The position numbers and the translations under genes are program-made. Positions 35,301-45,410 of a stretch of 64,000 bases of DNA are shown piece by piece. Position 1 is the first letter of the stretch; the number at the start of each line of letters is the position of its first letter. A model generated the notes under the pieces. That model worked only from the letters and a program-made list of their open reading frames with translations, ran no database searches and was not told the DNA's origin. The stretch is taken from positions 24,645-88,644 of the forward strand of contig CAVOGE010000004.1 of the NCBI GenBank assembly GCA_963695195.1. Direction: 5' to 3'. The DNA is from an uncultured Chloroflexia bacterium (GTDB taxonomy: Bacteria > Chloroflexota > Limnocylindria > QHBO01).

Positions 35301-36893
35301 TCAGTCGGTGAAGTCCCAGGTGATGACGGTGCGCGAGCCGCTCTCCACGATCCCGATGCCGACCCGGGTGAAGTGGGTCGACAGGATGTTGCCGATATGG
35401 TTCGCGTAGCCGGGATACGGTTCGGACATGAAGGTGGCGTGGCACGAGTCGAGTGCGGCGCTCCCGCTCCGACCCGACGAGCAGATGTTCTCGCCGGACC
35501 ACCCGAAGCCGAGTCCCGCATTGCGCAGGCGCTGCTGAAAGCTCGTTCCATTCAGGCTGTTATGGCTGAAGTAGCCGTACTGGACCATCTCCTGCGAGTG
35601 CGCGGTGGCCGTGGCCGTGAGCCCCGCGTCGAGGACCAGGGGTCCGAGGCCATACGCGGCACGTGCCGCATTCACCTGGTTCATGGCGTAGCCGATCAGG
35701 GTCGAGGACGCGGGGGTCGGCGGCAGCGCGACGCGGGGCCGGGCGGCCGCTCCCTTGGTGGTGAAGGACCACGTCATCTCGATCGTGTTCCCGTCGAGGT
35801 CCACGGCACCGGGCAGCAGCGCGGTCTCGAACCGATGACCGGCTGCCAGGGCGCGGGTCGGGACGAAGCGTAGCTGGGTGGTCGCCGCGTTCCACTCGAC
35901 GCTGCCGCCGACGGCCGATCCGGCGGTCGCGTCGCGCACGGAAAGCGCTGCGAGGACCGAAGCCGCGTGGACCGGCTGGCTGAACCAGAGCGTCACCTCA
36001 GTGGCGGACACTCCGGTCGCTCCCATGCCAGGCGAGACCTTGACGACCTGTGCTCCGGCTCGGGTGGTGAACGAGAATGACTGGTCGCCAGCGAGCGGGT
36101 TCCCCGACGTGTCATGCGCGCCGGTGACGGTCACCGCATAGCGGGCATCCGAGGCCAGGCGCTCGGCGGGAGAGAAGGTCATCGTCGAGCCGCGCCAGGC
36201 AAAGGCGCCCGACACTGCCGGGGTGATCGTGAAGCCGCGCTCCACCTCGTCGCGGTTCATCTCCACGCTGAAGGCGATCACCACCGAGGTCGAGGCGCTG
36301 GCATCCGTGGCCGTATCTGCGCGCAGTCCAGCGCTGGCGATATCGGTCTCATCAGGGGGAAATTCCTCGACGCCGCGTCCTGCGGCCACCATCCGGATCT
36401 CGAAGTCGGTGATGCGTGGGGCCGTCTCGGTCGTAAAGCTGAAGCGCTGCTCCCTGCCGAGCGCCAGTCCGTCGGCGCGGAGTGCCTCGGCGTCGACGGT
36501 GAGCAGGTAGCGGCGATCGGTGAGCCAGCGAAGCGCAGGCCGGACGAGGATCGTGCGGCCGTCGGGGGACCCGCTCAGGCGCACGTCATGGGCGGGATCG
36601 ATGCTGAGAGCTGCCGCGACCGACGCGACGTCCATCGGCTGGCTGAAGACGAGCTCCACCGTGTCGAGCGTGTCGATCCCCCGACCAACGGCGTCCGGGA
36701 GAATGGAGACCGGTGGAGCGAGGACTGCCGCAAGGCCGGCGGTGGCGTTGCCGCCTGCCGAAACCGCGATGGCGACAGCCAGGGCAAGGGCTGCGACCGA
36801 CGTGCGGGCGATTGCTCGGTGGCGACGCACCTGACGCGCGACTGACGCCAGTGGGGCACGCGATGTCGCGCGAATGCTGCGGATGGAAAGCAA
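35301..36893 (-). CDS. Secreted protein with SbsA-type Ig-like repeats and a C-terminal CAP/SCP (PR-1-like) domain
   Basis: 530-aa ORF with a signal/TM segment (TSVAALALAVAIAVSAGG), repeated P..GATGVS...V.L.FSQP(V/M)..ASV modules, and a C-terminus YGYFSHNSLNG...GWSGENI...GYANHIGNILSTHFTRVGIGI typical of the CAP domain. Confidence 0.75.
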   Translation of the reverse strand: MLSIRSIRATSRAPLASVARQVRRHRAIARTSVAALALAVAIAVSAGGNATAGLAAVLAPPVSILPDAVGRGIDTLDTVELVFSQPMDVASVAAALSIDPAHDVRLSGSPDGRTILVRPALRWLTDRRYLLTVDAEALRADGLALGREQRFSFTTETAPRITDFEIRMVAAGRGVEEFPPDETDIASAGLRADTATDASASTSVVIAFSVEMNRDEVERGFTITPAVSGAFAWRGSTMTFSPAERLASDARYAVTVTGAHDTSGNPLAGDQSFSFTTRAGAQVVKVSPGMGATGVSATEVTLWFSQPVHAASVLAALSVRDATAGSAVGGSVEWNAATTQLRFVPTRALAAGHRFETALLPGAVDLDGNTIEMTWSFTTKGAAARPRVALPPTPASSTLIGYAMNQVNAARAAYGLGPLVLDAGLTATATAHSQEMVQYGYFSHNSLNGTSFQQRLRNAGLGFGWSGENICSSGRSGSAALDSCHATFMSEPYPGYANHIGNILSTHFTRVGIGIVESGSRTVITWDFTD

Positions 36894-36977
36894 TAGACCA
36901 GGACCTCTGTCATGGGCGGACCGTGTGTCGCAGACAGCGCACGGCTGCCCGAATGGCGATCCGAGTATACCGGTGAT

Positions 36978-38252
36978 TCACCGCGCGCAGTTCGGCACGG
37001 CCCCGATGCGTCGCGCCGCCAGGGTCGGATGAAAGGTCGCGCCGCCGTAGTTGTCGACCAGTCCGCGGGCCTCCAGCAGGGTCAGCGCGCTGGCAAGGAC
37101 GCCCGTGCGCAGACCCGTTCGATCGATCAGCTCCTCGATCGATGCGGATCGCCGCAGGAGTCCGCCGAGCACCAGACCCTCTGCTTCGGAGAGTGTGGCA
37201 ACACTCACCGGTCGCTCACCGGCCCGAGCCCCGAGGGCGTGCAGCAGCGCCGCCGAGGAGGTGACCAGCGAGGCAAGATGGTCGGCGATCAACCGATTGC
37301 AGCCGGCCGAGGCAACCGCATCGATGGGGCCGGGCACCGCATGGAGATCGCGGCCGTAGTCCACCGCGGCGGCGGCCGTCAGGAGCGCCCCGGACTGATC
37401 CGGCGCTTCGACCACCACGACGGCTCGCGCCAGGCCCGCGATGATGCGATTTCGTCGCGCGAAATCCGGCCGGCCGGTCGATTGGCCCACCGCGAGCTCG
37501 GAGACGAGCGCCCCTCCACCGGCCAGCATGCGGCGGGCGAGCTCGCGATGACGCGGCGGGTAGATCCGATCCAACGGAGAGGGCAGCACGCCGATGCTCC
37601 TGCCGCCGGCCGCGACCGCGGCAGCGTGCGCCTCGCCGTCGATCCCCAGTGCCAGGCCGCTGATGACCGTCACGCCGGCACGGGCCAGTTCGTCGGCCAG
37701 ATCCGCCGCACACGCCCTGCCGTAGCCGGTCGCCCGGCGCGTCCCGACGATCGCCACGCCCGGCGCATCGAAGGCGTCCCCGTCGCCGACCACGTGCAGG
37801 ACCGGAGGACGCGGATCGAGCTCCGCGAGGGCGCGTGGGTACGTCCCCTCGAGCGCCGTCAGCACGCTGCCGCCGGCAAGTCGGGTGGCGCGTTCGATTC
37901 GCGCGAGGATCGCGGAAGGACCTTCGCGGCGAAGATGAAGCAAACCGGCCCGGGCGTCATCGGCTACGCGCGGCAGTTCGGTCAAGAGCTCCGGGCCGGC
38001 AGCCCATGCGGCGCGCGCGCTGCCGAACCGATGCAGGACGCGGGCAAAGCCGACCGGCCCGACGCCGGGCACCTGTGCCAGTGCGACCCAGAACGGTCGC
38101 TCGGCCGCCGGATCGAGCTGCCCCAGCTCCAGCGCCTGCCAACCGCGCTTCTCTCCCGGCGACACGCTGCGGCTCGTTCTGTCCGGATTCAGTGCCGGCG
38201 TCACGTCGGGCCCCATGCCGACGAGCGGTCCGGTCGATCCAACGCCAATCAT
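36978..38252 (-). CDS. dprA: DNA-processing protein DprA (Smf)
   Basis: Internal start MIGVGSTG at 38252 (ATGA overlap with the comM stop). Rossmann core IVGTRRATGYG...VISGLALGIDGEAHAAA..GGRSIGVL and a C-terminal winged-helix-like domain. The track ORF upstream is a shadow in comM. Confidence 0.88.
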   Translation of the reverse strand: MIGVGSTGPLVGMGPDVTPALNPDRTSRSVSPGEKRGWQALELGQLDPAAERPFWVALAQVPGVGPVGFARVLHRFGSARAAWAAGPELLTELPRVADDARAGLLHLRREGPSAILARIERATRLAGGSVLTALEGTYPRALAELDPRPPVLHVVGDGDAFDAPGVAIVGTRRATGYGRACAADLADELARAGVTVISGLALGIDGEAHAAAVAAGGRSIGVLPSPLDRIYPPRHRELARRMLAGGGALVSELAVGQSTGRPDFARRNRIIAGLARAVVVVEAPDQSGALLTAAAAVDYGRDLHAVPGPIDAVASAGCNRLIADHLASLVTSSAALLHALGARAGERPVSVATLSEAEGLVLGGLLRRSASIEELIDRTGLRTGVLASALTLLEARGLVDNYGGATFHPTLAARRIGAVPNCAR

Positions 38253-39805
38253 GGAAGAGCGACCGGGCGATAGCGCAGGGCCTCGTCGAGGTGGAGCGCG
38301 CTCACGCTCGCCTCGCCCTCGAGGTCCGCGACCGTGCGGGCGACCCGCGCGGAGCGATGCAGCCGCCGCGGTGAGAGTCCGAATCGGCGACCGCGGCGCG
38401 CCAGAAGCTCGAGGAATGGAGCCGAAAAGCCGTGCGCCTCGTCGAAGTACGGGGCGGGCAGCTCCGCGTTTGCTCGACCCTGACGGTCCAGCTGCCGCCG
38501 CCAGGCAGCAGCCACCCGGGGAGCGACCAGGCTGCTCGACTCCGGGAGTTGCGGACTCTTGAAGTTGGCCGCCGTCTGGCGTTCGGGCTCCGCCATCGTC
38601 ACCCACAGGTCGATCCGGTCTCGCAACGGACCGGACAGGCGTGCGGCATATCTGCGCGCGTACGCGTCCTCGCAGGAGCACGCACGCCCCAGCGATCCGC
38701 GCCAGCCACACGGGCAGGGATTGAACGCCGCCAGCAGGGTGAAGCGAGCAGGCAGGCTGAGCGCTCCCTCGACCCGCGCGATGGTGACGCTGCCCGACTC
38801 GAGCGGCTCGCGCAGCGCCTCGAGCGCATCAGCGCGGAACTGCAGCGTCTCATCCAGCAGGAGTACGCCTCGATGGCTGAGCGACGCCTCTCCCGGCCGC
38901 ACGCGGGGCCCGCCACCGACCAGCGCCTGCGTCGAGATCGTATGGTGCGGTGACCGAAATGGGCGGGCACGGACGAGGGGGCTTCTGCGATCTAAGAGCC
39001 CGGCGACCGAGTAGATCCGGCTGACGGCGACCGCCTCCTCGTCCTCCAACGAGGGCAGCAGGCCCGCAGCGCAGCGCAGGAGAAGGGTCTTGCCGATTCC
39101 CGGCGGGCCGCAGAGGGCCAGGTTGTGGTGCCCCGCCACGCAGATCTCGAGGGCTCGCCGCGCGACCGGCTGGCCGGCCACCTCCGCGAGATCCGGCCCT
39201 GCGACTGCGTACGGGAGGGAGACCGGCAGCACTGCGTCACCCGGCTGCATCGTCTCGATGCCGGCCAGGTGCCGAACGGCCTGTCCCAGCGTCGCGGCGC
39301 CGTACGCGCACACCCCGGCAGTAGCTGCCTCGCCGACCGATCCCTCGGGCACGATCATCTCGGGTACCCCCGCGTCGCGGACCGCTGCGGCCAGCGCCAT
39401 CGTGCCCGCGATGGGACGCAGCGCGCCGTCAAGGGCCAGTTCACCGACCAGCGCGACCGCCGGCAGATGGTCGTGGCGCGGTAACTGTCCGGAGGCAGCG
39501 AGGATGCCGATCGCGATCGCCAGGTCGTACCCGGTGCCATCCTTGGGGAGATCGGCCGGGGCGAGATTGACGGTGATTCTGCGCGCCGGTACCTCGAAGC
39601 CACTGTTGCGCAACGCGCTGCGAACGCGCTCCCGGGCCTCCTGGACCTGGCTTCCGGCCAGCCCCACGATGGTCAGCGCGGGCAATCCGAACGCGACATC
39701 CACCTCGACCCGAACAGGCACGCCGTCGACGCCGAGGATCGACGCGCTGAGCGTCTCGGCCAACACGGGCAGCACCTCCCCGTGGAGGCGCCCCTGTGGT
39801 GGCAT
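38249..39805 (-). CDS. comM: Mg-chelatase-like AAA+ protein ComM/YifB
   Basis: Lon-protease-like N-domain (ILGVDGVPVRVEVDV...GLPALTIVGL), Walker A LCGPPGIGKTLL and a Mg-chelatase C-terminal region. The start is uncertain (39805 or up to 39868). Confidence 0.9.
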   Translation of the reverse strand: MPPQGRLHGEVLPVLAETLSASILGVDGVPVRVEVDVAFGLPALTIVGLAGSQVQEARERVRSALRNSGFEVPARRITVNLAPADLPKDGTGYDLAIAIGILAASGQLPRHDHLPAVALVGELALDGALRPIAGTMALAAAVRDAGVPEMIVPEGSVGEAATAGVCAYGAATLGQAVRHLAGIETMQPGDAVLPVSLPYAVAGPDLAEVAGQPVARRALEICVAGHHNLALCGPPGIGKTLLLRCAAGLLPSLEDEEAVAVSRIYSVAGLLDRRSPLVRARPFRSPHHTISTQALVGGGPRVRPGEASLSHRGVLLLDETLQFRADALEALREPLESGSVTIARVEGALSLPARFTLLAAFNPCPCGWRGSLGRACSCEDAYARRYAARLSGPLRDRIDLWVTMAEPERQTAANFKSPQLPESSSLVAPRVAAAWRRQLDRQGRANAELPAPYFDEAHGFSAPFLELLARRGRRFGLSPRRLHRSARVARTVADLEGEASVSALHLDEALRYRPVALP

Positions 39806-39918
39806 GGACCGATGAACAGTGCCGGCCGCGCACCTGCTCGCCTCCCAGATTCCGGTGGCGACCGGCACGCAGACCGTATTCGCCGGGGCTTATCGGGACC
39901 TTAGGTCGCCCTTATCGA

Positions 39919-41112
39919 TCAGGCGACGGCTGACGCGGCCTCGATGGCGTCCTTCTCGAGAGCGGCGGCAAATGCCAGCACGCTCTTGCCGAGCGGCGCT
40001 TCCGGACGGCTCGACATGAAGGGCTCGCCGGAATTCAGGGCGCTGATGGCGGCCCGATACTCGTTGATGATCTGGTAGTCGATCTTTCGACCGAGCGCCG
40101 ATTCCGCGTTGCTGACGTTGATGCCGGTGTACGCGTTCGACCGGTTCAGGACCAGTTGAACCTTGCTCTTCTCATAGCCCAGGCTGTCCATCGTCTCGAG
40201 CACGAGCCGTACGTTCTTCAGGCACGACAGGTCGGCGGTCATCACCACGAAAATGACGTCCGATTCGTCGAACAGCTGCAGATTGAAGTCGTCGATCGCC
40301 TGCGACATGTCCACCAGGGTGAAGTCGTAGATGCGGCGCGCCAGCGCGAGGATGTGCGTCATCACCGCCGGCGCCAGGCGCTGTCGCTCGACCACGATGT
40401 CCGCCGACTCGGGCGACGGGGGCGCCAGGAGGAGATCCACTCCGGATCGGTGCCGGACCATCAGCTTGCGCAACAGGTCCGCGTCGAGATCAGCTTCGCT
40501 GACCGCGTTGACGATCGACGCAGTGTCGAGGCCAAGGTCGAGGAAGACGCGCAGGTCGCCGAACTGCAGGTTCGCGTCGATCAGCGCAGTCTTGCGCTTG
40601 AGCTCGCGACTCAGGGCGATGGCAGTGTTGATCGCGATGGTGGTATTGCCCACGCCGCCCTTGGCCGGATAGAAGAGGCCGAGGCGGCCGAGCGTCGGCG
40701 CCTCGTCGGCACTTCCGGTGGCCGTGCCTCCCCGAGCGAGCAGCGCCTTGATGCGGGCCATCAGCTCGAGTGGATGGAACGGCTTGACGATGTCGTCGTC
40801 GGCGCCCGCGCGAAGGCCCTTGACCCGCTGCCCCACGTCCGCTTCGGCAGTGAGCATGATGATCGGCACCCGGCGCCCCTGCTCTGCCGCTCGAATCTGC
40901 TGTGTCGCGGCGTAGCCGTCCAGCTTCGGCATGGCGACGTCCATCAGGATCAGGTCCGGTTCCGCGTCGCGGGCCATCTCGACACCCGCCGCCCCATCCG
41001 AGGCGACGACCACGTCGTAGCCCTCCTGCTTGAGGGCGAACACGAGGACGCGCTGGATGTTGAGATCGTCGTCGACGATCAGGACCTTGGTGCCGGGCAT
41101 GCGAGGCTCCAC
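39919..41112 (-). CDS. Response-regulator receiver domain fused to a MinD/ParA-type (CpaE/TadZ-like) ATPase
   Basis: REC domain: KVLIVDDD...LILMDVAMPKLDG...DDDIVKPF. Deviant Walker A: YPAKGGVGNTTIAINTA. The track start is GTG at 41112, with an ATG 4 codons downstream. Confidence 0.8.
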   Translation of the reverse strand: MEPRMPGTKVLIVDDDLNIQRVLVFALKQEGYDVVVASDGAAGVEMARDAEPDLILMDVAMPKLDGYAATQQIRAAEQGRRVPIIMLTAEADVGQRVKGLRAGADDDIVKPFHPLELMARIKALLARGGTATGSADEAPTLGRLGLFYPAKGGVGNTTIAINTAIALSRELKRKTALIDANLQFGDLRVFLDLGLDTASIVNAVSEADLDADLLRKLMVRHRSGVDLLLAPPSPESADIVVERQRLAPAVMTHILALARRIYDFTLVDMSQAIDDFNLQLFDESDVIFVVMTADLSCLKNVRLVLETMDSLGYEKSKVQLVLNRSNAYTGINVSNAESALGRKIDYQIINEYRAAISALNSGEPFMSSRPEAPLGKSVLAFAAALEKDAIEAASAVA

Positions 41113-41135
41113 TGGTAGAACGGGAGGTCGGCGCG

Positions 41136-41164
41136 ATTATACGTGCGCGACCCCATCGAGGTAA
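41136..41164 (-). promoter_or_regulatory. Candidate promoter TTACCT-N17-TATAAT upstream of the REC-MinD-like gene
   Basis: A perfect TATAAT on the minus strand overlaps the TAA stop of the hydrolase gene, 24 nt before the GTG at 41112. The -35 is weak. Confidence 0.25.
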
Positions 41165-42159
41165 CGCGTCAAAAAGGCAAGCACCCGTCGCTCGTACTCC
41201 GCGCCGCCGACGGCGTGGGCATCGGCATGTCCCGCACCGTGAACGGTGTATAGCTCCTTTGGCTCTCCCGCCGCCGCATACAGACGCTCGGACTGGCGCG
41301 GGCTCACCAGCTGGTCCTGGTCAGGCGAGATGAGCAGCAGACCGCGCGGCGAGATCTGAGCCACGCGGTGCACCGGCGACCGCAGCCGCACCCGTGCCCG
41401 CAGACTGGCCGCCACGACGGCCAGGCGCGCGCCGAGCCGCGGCATTGGGAAGCCGAGGTCGCGCATCCGGTTGCCGATCGGGTCGTGCAGCTCGCCGTAC
41501 GCCGCGTCGGCGACGACGGCTGCCACCGGCAGATCCGGCGCAGCCATGATCGCAACCGAGCCGCCCATGCTGATCCCCATCAGCGCAATCGGGCCAAGGC
41601 CGCGGGTCTGCAGGAAGTGAACCGCGGCGGCGGCGTCGCGCTGCTCCGCGGTACCCAGCGTGATCGGCGCGGCGTCGGAGTCGCCGTGCCCCCGAAAGTC
41701 GAACTGCAGGACGTGATATTGGCGTTGGAGCCACGGCACGAAGGCTGCCAGCCAGGGCAGCCGGTGCCAGCTGAAGCCGTGCATCAGGACGACCGCCGCG
41801 CGCGTCTCACGTCCTGCACCGATCAGCCAGCCGGAAAGGGTGACGCCGTCATCGGTGGTGAACCGAACGTCCTCGTATTCCAGCCCCAGCGCACCGGGGG
41901 TGGCCGGCGCTCCCTCGGCCGGCTCGAAGGGCCGCCGACCGGGGCGCACGATGCGCCGTGACCCCTCGACCGTCACGAAGCCGAGATAGCCGAGCGCCCC
42001 GGCTGCCGCGATCCTCCCCAGCCATGCCGCCAGGCCGCGGCGCTTCGACGGATCAGCCGTCGCTTGCCTCCCGAGCGGCCCGCATCGCGCCGGCAATCGG
42101 TCGGGTGAGTTCGGCGAGCTCCATCGGCACGATCCACTTCGTGGAGCTGCCGGCAGCAA
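41137..42159 (-). CDS. Membrane-anchored alpha/beta-fold hydrolase
   Basis: N-terminal TM LAAWLGRIAAAGALGYLGF, nucleophile elbow GISMGGS, and HGFS...RGHGDS. The start is uncertain: the TTG at 42159 overlaps the upstream SPFH gene by 107 nt, and the next GTG at 41976 would delete the TM helix. Confidence 0.75.
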   Translation of the reverse strand: MLPAAPRSGSCRWSSPNSPDRLPARCGPLGRQATADPSKRRGLAAWLGRIAAAGALGYLGFVTVEGSRRIVRPGRRPFEPAEGAPATPGALGLEYEDVRFTTDDGVTLSGWLIGAGRETRAAVVLMHGFSWHRLPWLAAFVPWLQRQYHVLQFDFRGHGDSDAAPITLGTAEQRDAAAAVHFLQTRGLGPIALMGISMGGSVAIMAAPDLPVAAVVADAAYGELHDPIGNRMRDLGFPMPRLGARLAVVAASLRARVRLRSPVHRVAQISPRGLLLISPDQDQLVSPRQSERLYAAAGEPKELYTVHGAGHADAHAVGGAEYERRVLAFLTRYLDGVAHV

Positions 42160-42937
42160 GCGCCTTCAGCGCCTCGAGGTACTGGAGCGCCATGGTCTTC
42201 TGATCGACCCCCTTGGCCGCCTCAAAGATGGTCTTCAGCGCGTTGCTGAAGCCCTCGGCGCGCAGCACCTGGGCCTGTCGCTCGCCCTCGGCACGCAGGA
42301 TCGCGCTCTGCTTGTCGCCCTCGGCGACGTTGATGGTCGACTGCCGCGTCCCTTCGGACTCGGTGATGTTGGCTCGCCTGTTGCGCTCGGCGCTCATCTG
42401 GCGGTTCATCGCATCCTGGATGTCGCGGGGCGGCACGATCTCGCGGATCTCGACGCTGGTGATCTTGACGCCCCAGCGATGCGTCACCTCGTCGAGCTTG
42501 GAGCGAAGGACGTTATTGATCTCTTCGCGCTTGGCAAGCACGTCGTCGAGCGGGATATCGCCGATAACCGCACGCAGGGTGGTTGCGGCCAGCGCCTGCG
42601 AAGCGCCGGTGAAGTCCACCACCGCGGTCACCGTGACATCGGGCTGGAAGACCTTCGAGTAGACGAGGAAGTCGATGCTGATCGGCGCGTTGTCCTTGGT
42701 GATGCACGTCTGCTGCGGCACCTCCAGGAAGCGCTCGCGCAGGTCGACCTTGACGGCGGTCTGAATGAAGGGGATGAGCAGCACCAGCCCCGGTCCCCGC
42801 GCACCCTGCAGGCGTCCCAGGAAGAAGACCACCAGCCGCTCGTATTCGCGAACGATGTGCACCGTGCTGGTGATCACCACCAGCAGGAAGGCGAGGCCGG
42901 CGAGAAGCAGAATCAGGCCGAGCGGGTCCTCAGGCAT
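42053..42937 (-). CDS. SPFH/band-7 (stomatin/prohibitin-like) membrane protein
   Basis: 294-aa ORF with an N-terminal TM and PHB-domain motifs (VREYERLVVFFLGR, ITKDNAPISIDFLVY, and a coiled Ala/Glu-rich region RAEGERQAQVLRAEG). Confidence 0.88.
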   Translation of the reverse strand: MPEDPLGLILLLAGLAFLLVVITSTVHIVREYERLVVFFLGRLQGARGPGLVLLIPFIQTAVKVDLRERFLEVPQQTCITKDNAPISIDFLVYSKVFQPDVTVTAVVDFTGASQALAATTLRAVIGDIPLDDVLAKREEINNVLRSKLDEVTHRWGVKITSVEIREIVPPRDIQDAMNRQMSAERNRRANITESEGTRQSTINVAEGDKQSAILRAEGERQAQVLRAEGFSNALKTIFEAAKGVDQKTMALQYLEALKALAAGSSTKWIVPMELAELTRPIAGAMRAAREASDG

Positions 42938-43014
42938 GTGTCATTCCCTTCTGGCACGGTCCTGGCTGCCGAACGGCATCGGCTGCATCGACCGTCCGTA
43001 ATCAGGATAGGACA

Positions 43015-44139
43015 TCACGCGCCGCGGTGGTCGAAGACGACCTTGATCGCCGCGTGCTTTCCCCGCCCCATCGCGGTGCGCAGGGCAGCCCGCCAGTCGC
43101 CCAGGCCGAAGTGGTGCGTGACCAACTGCTCGACCACCGGAGCACCGCCCGCGGCAAGGAGCGCCATGAGGTGATCGATGGTGTGCGGCTGCCCCGGGAC
43201 CGATGGCTCGCGCCCGTACACGTAGTTGCCGGTGATTCGCAGCTCACGAGCCCATGCCAGCGTGAGGTCAAGTCCGCTCACCTCTCCCACCGAGCCGATC
43301 ATTGCCAGTCGACCGCGAGGAACGGTCACGCGGATCGCGGCCTCGAGGCTCGCCGCGTTGCCGGCGCATTCGTACACCACCTCGAAGCCGCCGGTCAGGG
43401 TCGGCTCCCCGACGAGGGTCGGGTGCTCCCGCGCCCCCGCAAACTCGACGGCGGCCCGGATGACGCCGGACCCGCCTCGGTCCGTCACGACGTGATGGGC
43501 GCCGAGACCCTTTGCGATTTCCGCCTGGAGCGGGTGCCGTACGACCATGGTCGTCTCGGTATCGGGCGCGATCATCCGAATCGCCGCCAGTGTGCCCAGC
43601 CCGATCGCGCCGCCACCCACCACCAGCGCCCGTTCGCCTTCGGCGGGTGGCTGTGCCAGGACGGCATGCATGCCGCAGGCGAGGGGTTCGACCAGGACGG
43701 CGACCTCGTCGCTGAGTTGATCGGGTACCCGATGAAGCTGACTGGCGTGGGCGAGCATCCCCTCGGACCACGCCCCCGGCAGATCGCGGCAGAAGCCGAT
43801 CAGCATCCCCGGCGCAAGCGCTCCCTCCGCCGCGTGTCGGCACAGGGCGGGGGTCCCCGCGCCGCACCCGACACAAGGGTCGAGCCCGCGCATGACGCAC
43901 GAGATGATCGGATCGAGGGCGACGCGCTCCCCGACCTGCACGCCGGCGCCGGCGCCGGCTTCCTCAACGATCGCCACCACCTCGTGGCCCAGGATCGCAG
44001 GGAACGAGTTGAAGGGGGCCAGGACCGCGGTCGACCTGCCGGTCAGCAGGGACAGGTCGGATCCGCAGATCCCCGATAGGAGCGGGCGCAGCCGGACCCA
44101 TTCGGTACCGGGAAGCTCTCCCAGCGAGTAGTCAGACAT
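43015..44139 (-). CDS. Zinc-dependent medium-chain alcohol/polyol dehydrogenase
   Basis: Internal start MSDYSLGELPGTEWVRLRPLLSGICGSDL, then GHEVVAIVEE, structural-zinc Cys cluster CVMRGLDPCVGCGAGTPALC, and the Rossmann motif VVGGGAIGLG. Confidence 0.85.
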   Translation of the reverse strand: MSDYSLGELPGTEWVRLRPLLSGICGSDLSLLTGRSTAVLAPFNSFPAILGHEVVAIVEEAGAGAGVQVGERVALDPIISCVMRGLDPCVGCGAGTPALCRHAAEGALAPGMLIGFCRDLPGAWSEGMLAHASQLHRVPDQLSDEVAVLVEPLACGMHAVLAQPPAEGERALVVGGGAIGLGTLAAIRMIAPDTETTMVVRHPLQAEIAKGLGAHHVVTDRGGSGVIRAAVEFAGAREHPTLVGEPTLTGGFEVVYECAGNAASLEAAIRVTVPRGRLAMIGSVGEVSGLDLTLAWARELRITGNYVYGREPSVPGQPHTIDHLMALLAAGGAPVVEQLVTHHFGLGDWRAALRTAMGRGKHAAIKVVFDHRGA

Positions 44140-44258
44140 CCCGAGCCATGGCAGCCTGCCCGTCCAGCGCGGCACCCGCGTCCCGAAGGCTCGCAGCGCC
44201 CGGTAGTTCAGGGCCGACGAACCCACTCGCAGCCCGAGGCCGCGCATCGGGGCGGTGG

Positions 44259-45410
44259 TCAGCTCATCGGGACGCGACGCACGATGTGCGGCCCGACCCG
44301 CTGCAGGATCTCGTCGAGGGTGGGGCCGGTGATGGTGACCCCGTGGTTCTTCATGCCGATCACCGCGCGACCCGGGTCCGGCGCATCTCGCACGAGGCCG
44401 GCCACCTCGAGGGCCAGCTCCTCCGTGCCGCAGGGGTAGACCGCCTCGGTCGACGTGATCCCCGCGACCCAGCCGTGGACATGGAGGATGGCGCCCACCT
44501 CTGGGTGCTCGCGGTAGATGGTCAGGTGCTCGATGGCGTCCACCGAGACGCGTCGCGGCTTGATGTCCGGCGGGACCGAGAGTCGGATGACACCGCGCGC
44601 CTCGTCGTAGCCGGTGACCAGCAGGATCTCACGGCCGATCTCGCGCAGGTGACTCTTGTCGACCCCACTGGCGCTCATCCAGAAGGTGTCGCGGTCGTGA
44701 CGTGCGCTCGCGTTGCCGTACGAGAGTCCCCCGATCCCGAAGAGGCGCTGTACGTGGCGAAGCTCGTCAGGACCGAGCAGGTCCTCGATCGGCCACGGTG
44801 CGGGCAGCAGATCGAGCTCCGCCAGGCGCAGACCGGCGCGATGGATGGCAGCCGTCTGCTCGTCACCGTCCCACAGGTCGCGCGGCAGATCCGGAATGAA
44901 CTCGTTATCGATCACCAGGCGCGATTCGGCCATCGGCAGCAACCGCTGCACGACGCCCTCGAAGAAGGCCGCGTCGTCACCGTCCCACTCCAGGCGATGG
45001 AAGCCCTGCTCCATGGTGATGAAGTAGGCCTCCGGGCCTCGTCCGTCCCGTGCGATCGGGATGAAGACGTTCGAGAGCGAACGGACGAGGAGCGCATAGC
45101 CCGCCGCCAGCATGTCGTCGGGGTGGTCCGGCAGTTCAGCCACGCCGACCACGAAGATCTCCTTGGAGCGTCGGCGGAAGCTCGTCGGCCGGTCGGCATG
45201 CACGGCGTGCAGCACAACGCGAACGTCGGGGTTGATGGCGGCGTCACGCCGAACGTCCCGCTGGACCGGGTGGCCGCGTGTCTCGAGCGCCGCCAGAACG
45301 CCGTCGAGGAACCAGGTGGTGAGCGGACTGTGCGCGGCGTCGACCACCGCAATGCCGCTCGCGTCCTTCAACGTGGGGCCGGGTGTCGCCACGACATCAC
45401 GTATCGCCAT
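44259..45410 (-). CDS. Protein with a C-terminal class II aldolase/adducin-like domain
   Basis: Internal start MAIRDVV at 45410. The C-half (GNASARHDRDTFWMSASGVDKS...HLTIYREHPEVGAILHVHGW...GMKNHGVTITG) looks like the class II aldolase fold. I do not recognise the roughly 190-aa N-half. Confidence 0.65.
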   Translation of the reverse strand: MAIRDVVATPGPTLKDASGIAVVDAAHSPLTTWFLDGVLAALETRGHPVQRDVRRDAAINPDVRVVLHAVHADRPTSFRRRSKEIFVVGVAELPDHPDDMLAAGYALLVRSLSNVFIPIARDGRGPEAYFITMEQGFHRLEWDGDDAAFFEGVVQRLLPMAESRLVIDNEFIPDLPRDLWDGDEQTAAIHRAGLRLAELDLLPAPWPIEDLLGPDELRHVQRLFGIGGLSYGNASARHDRDTFWMSASGVDKSHLREIGREILLVTGYDEARGVIRLSVPPDIKPRRVSVDAIEHLTIYREHPEVGAILHVHGWVAGITSTEAVYPCGTEELALEVAGLVRDAPDPGRAVIGMKNHGVTITGPTLDEILQRVGPHIVRRVPMS

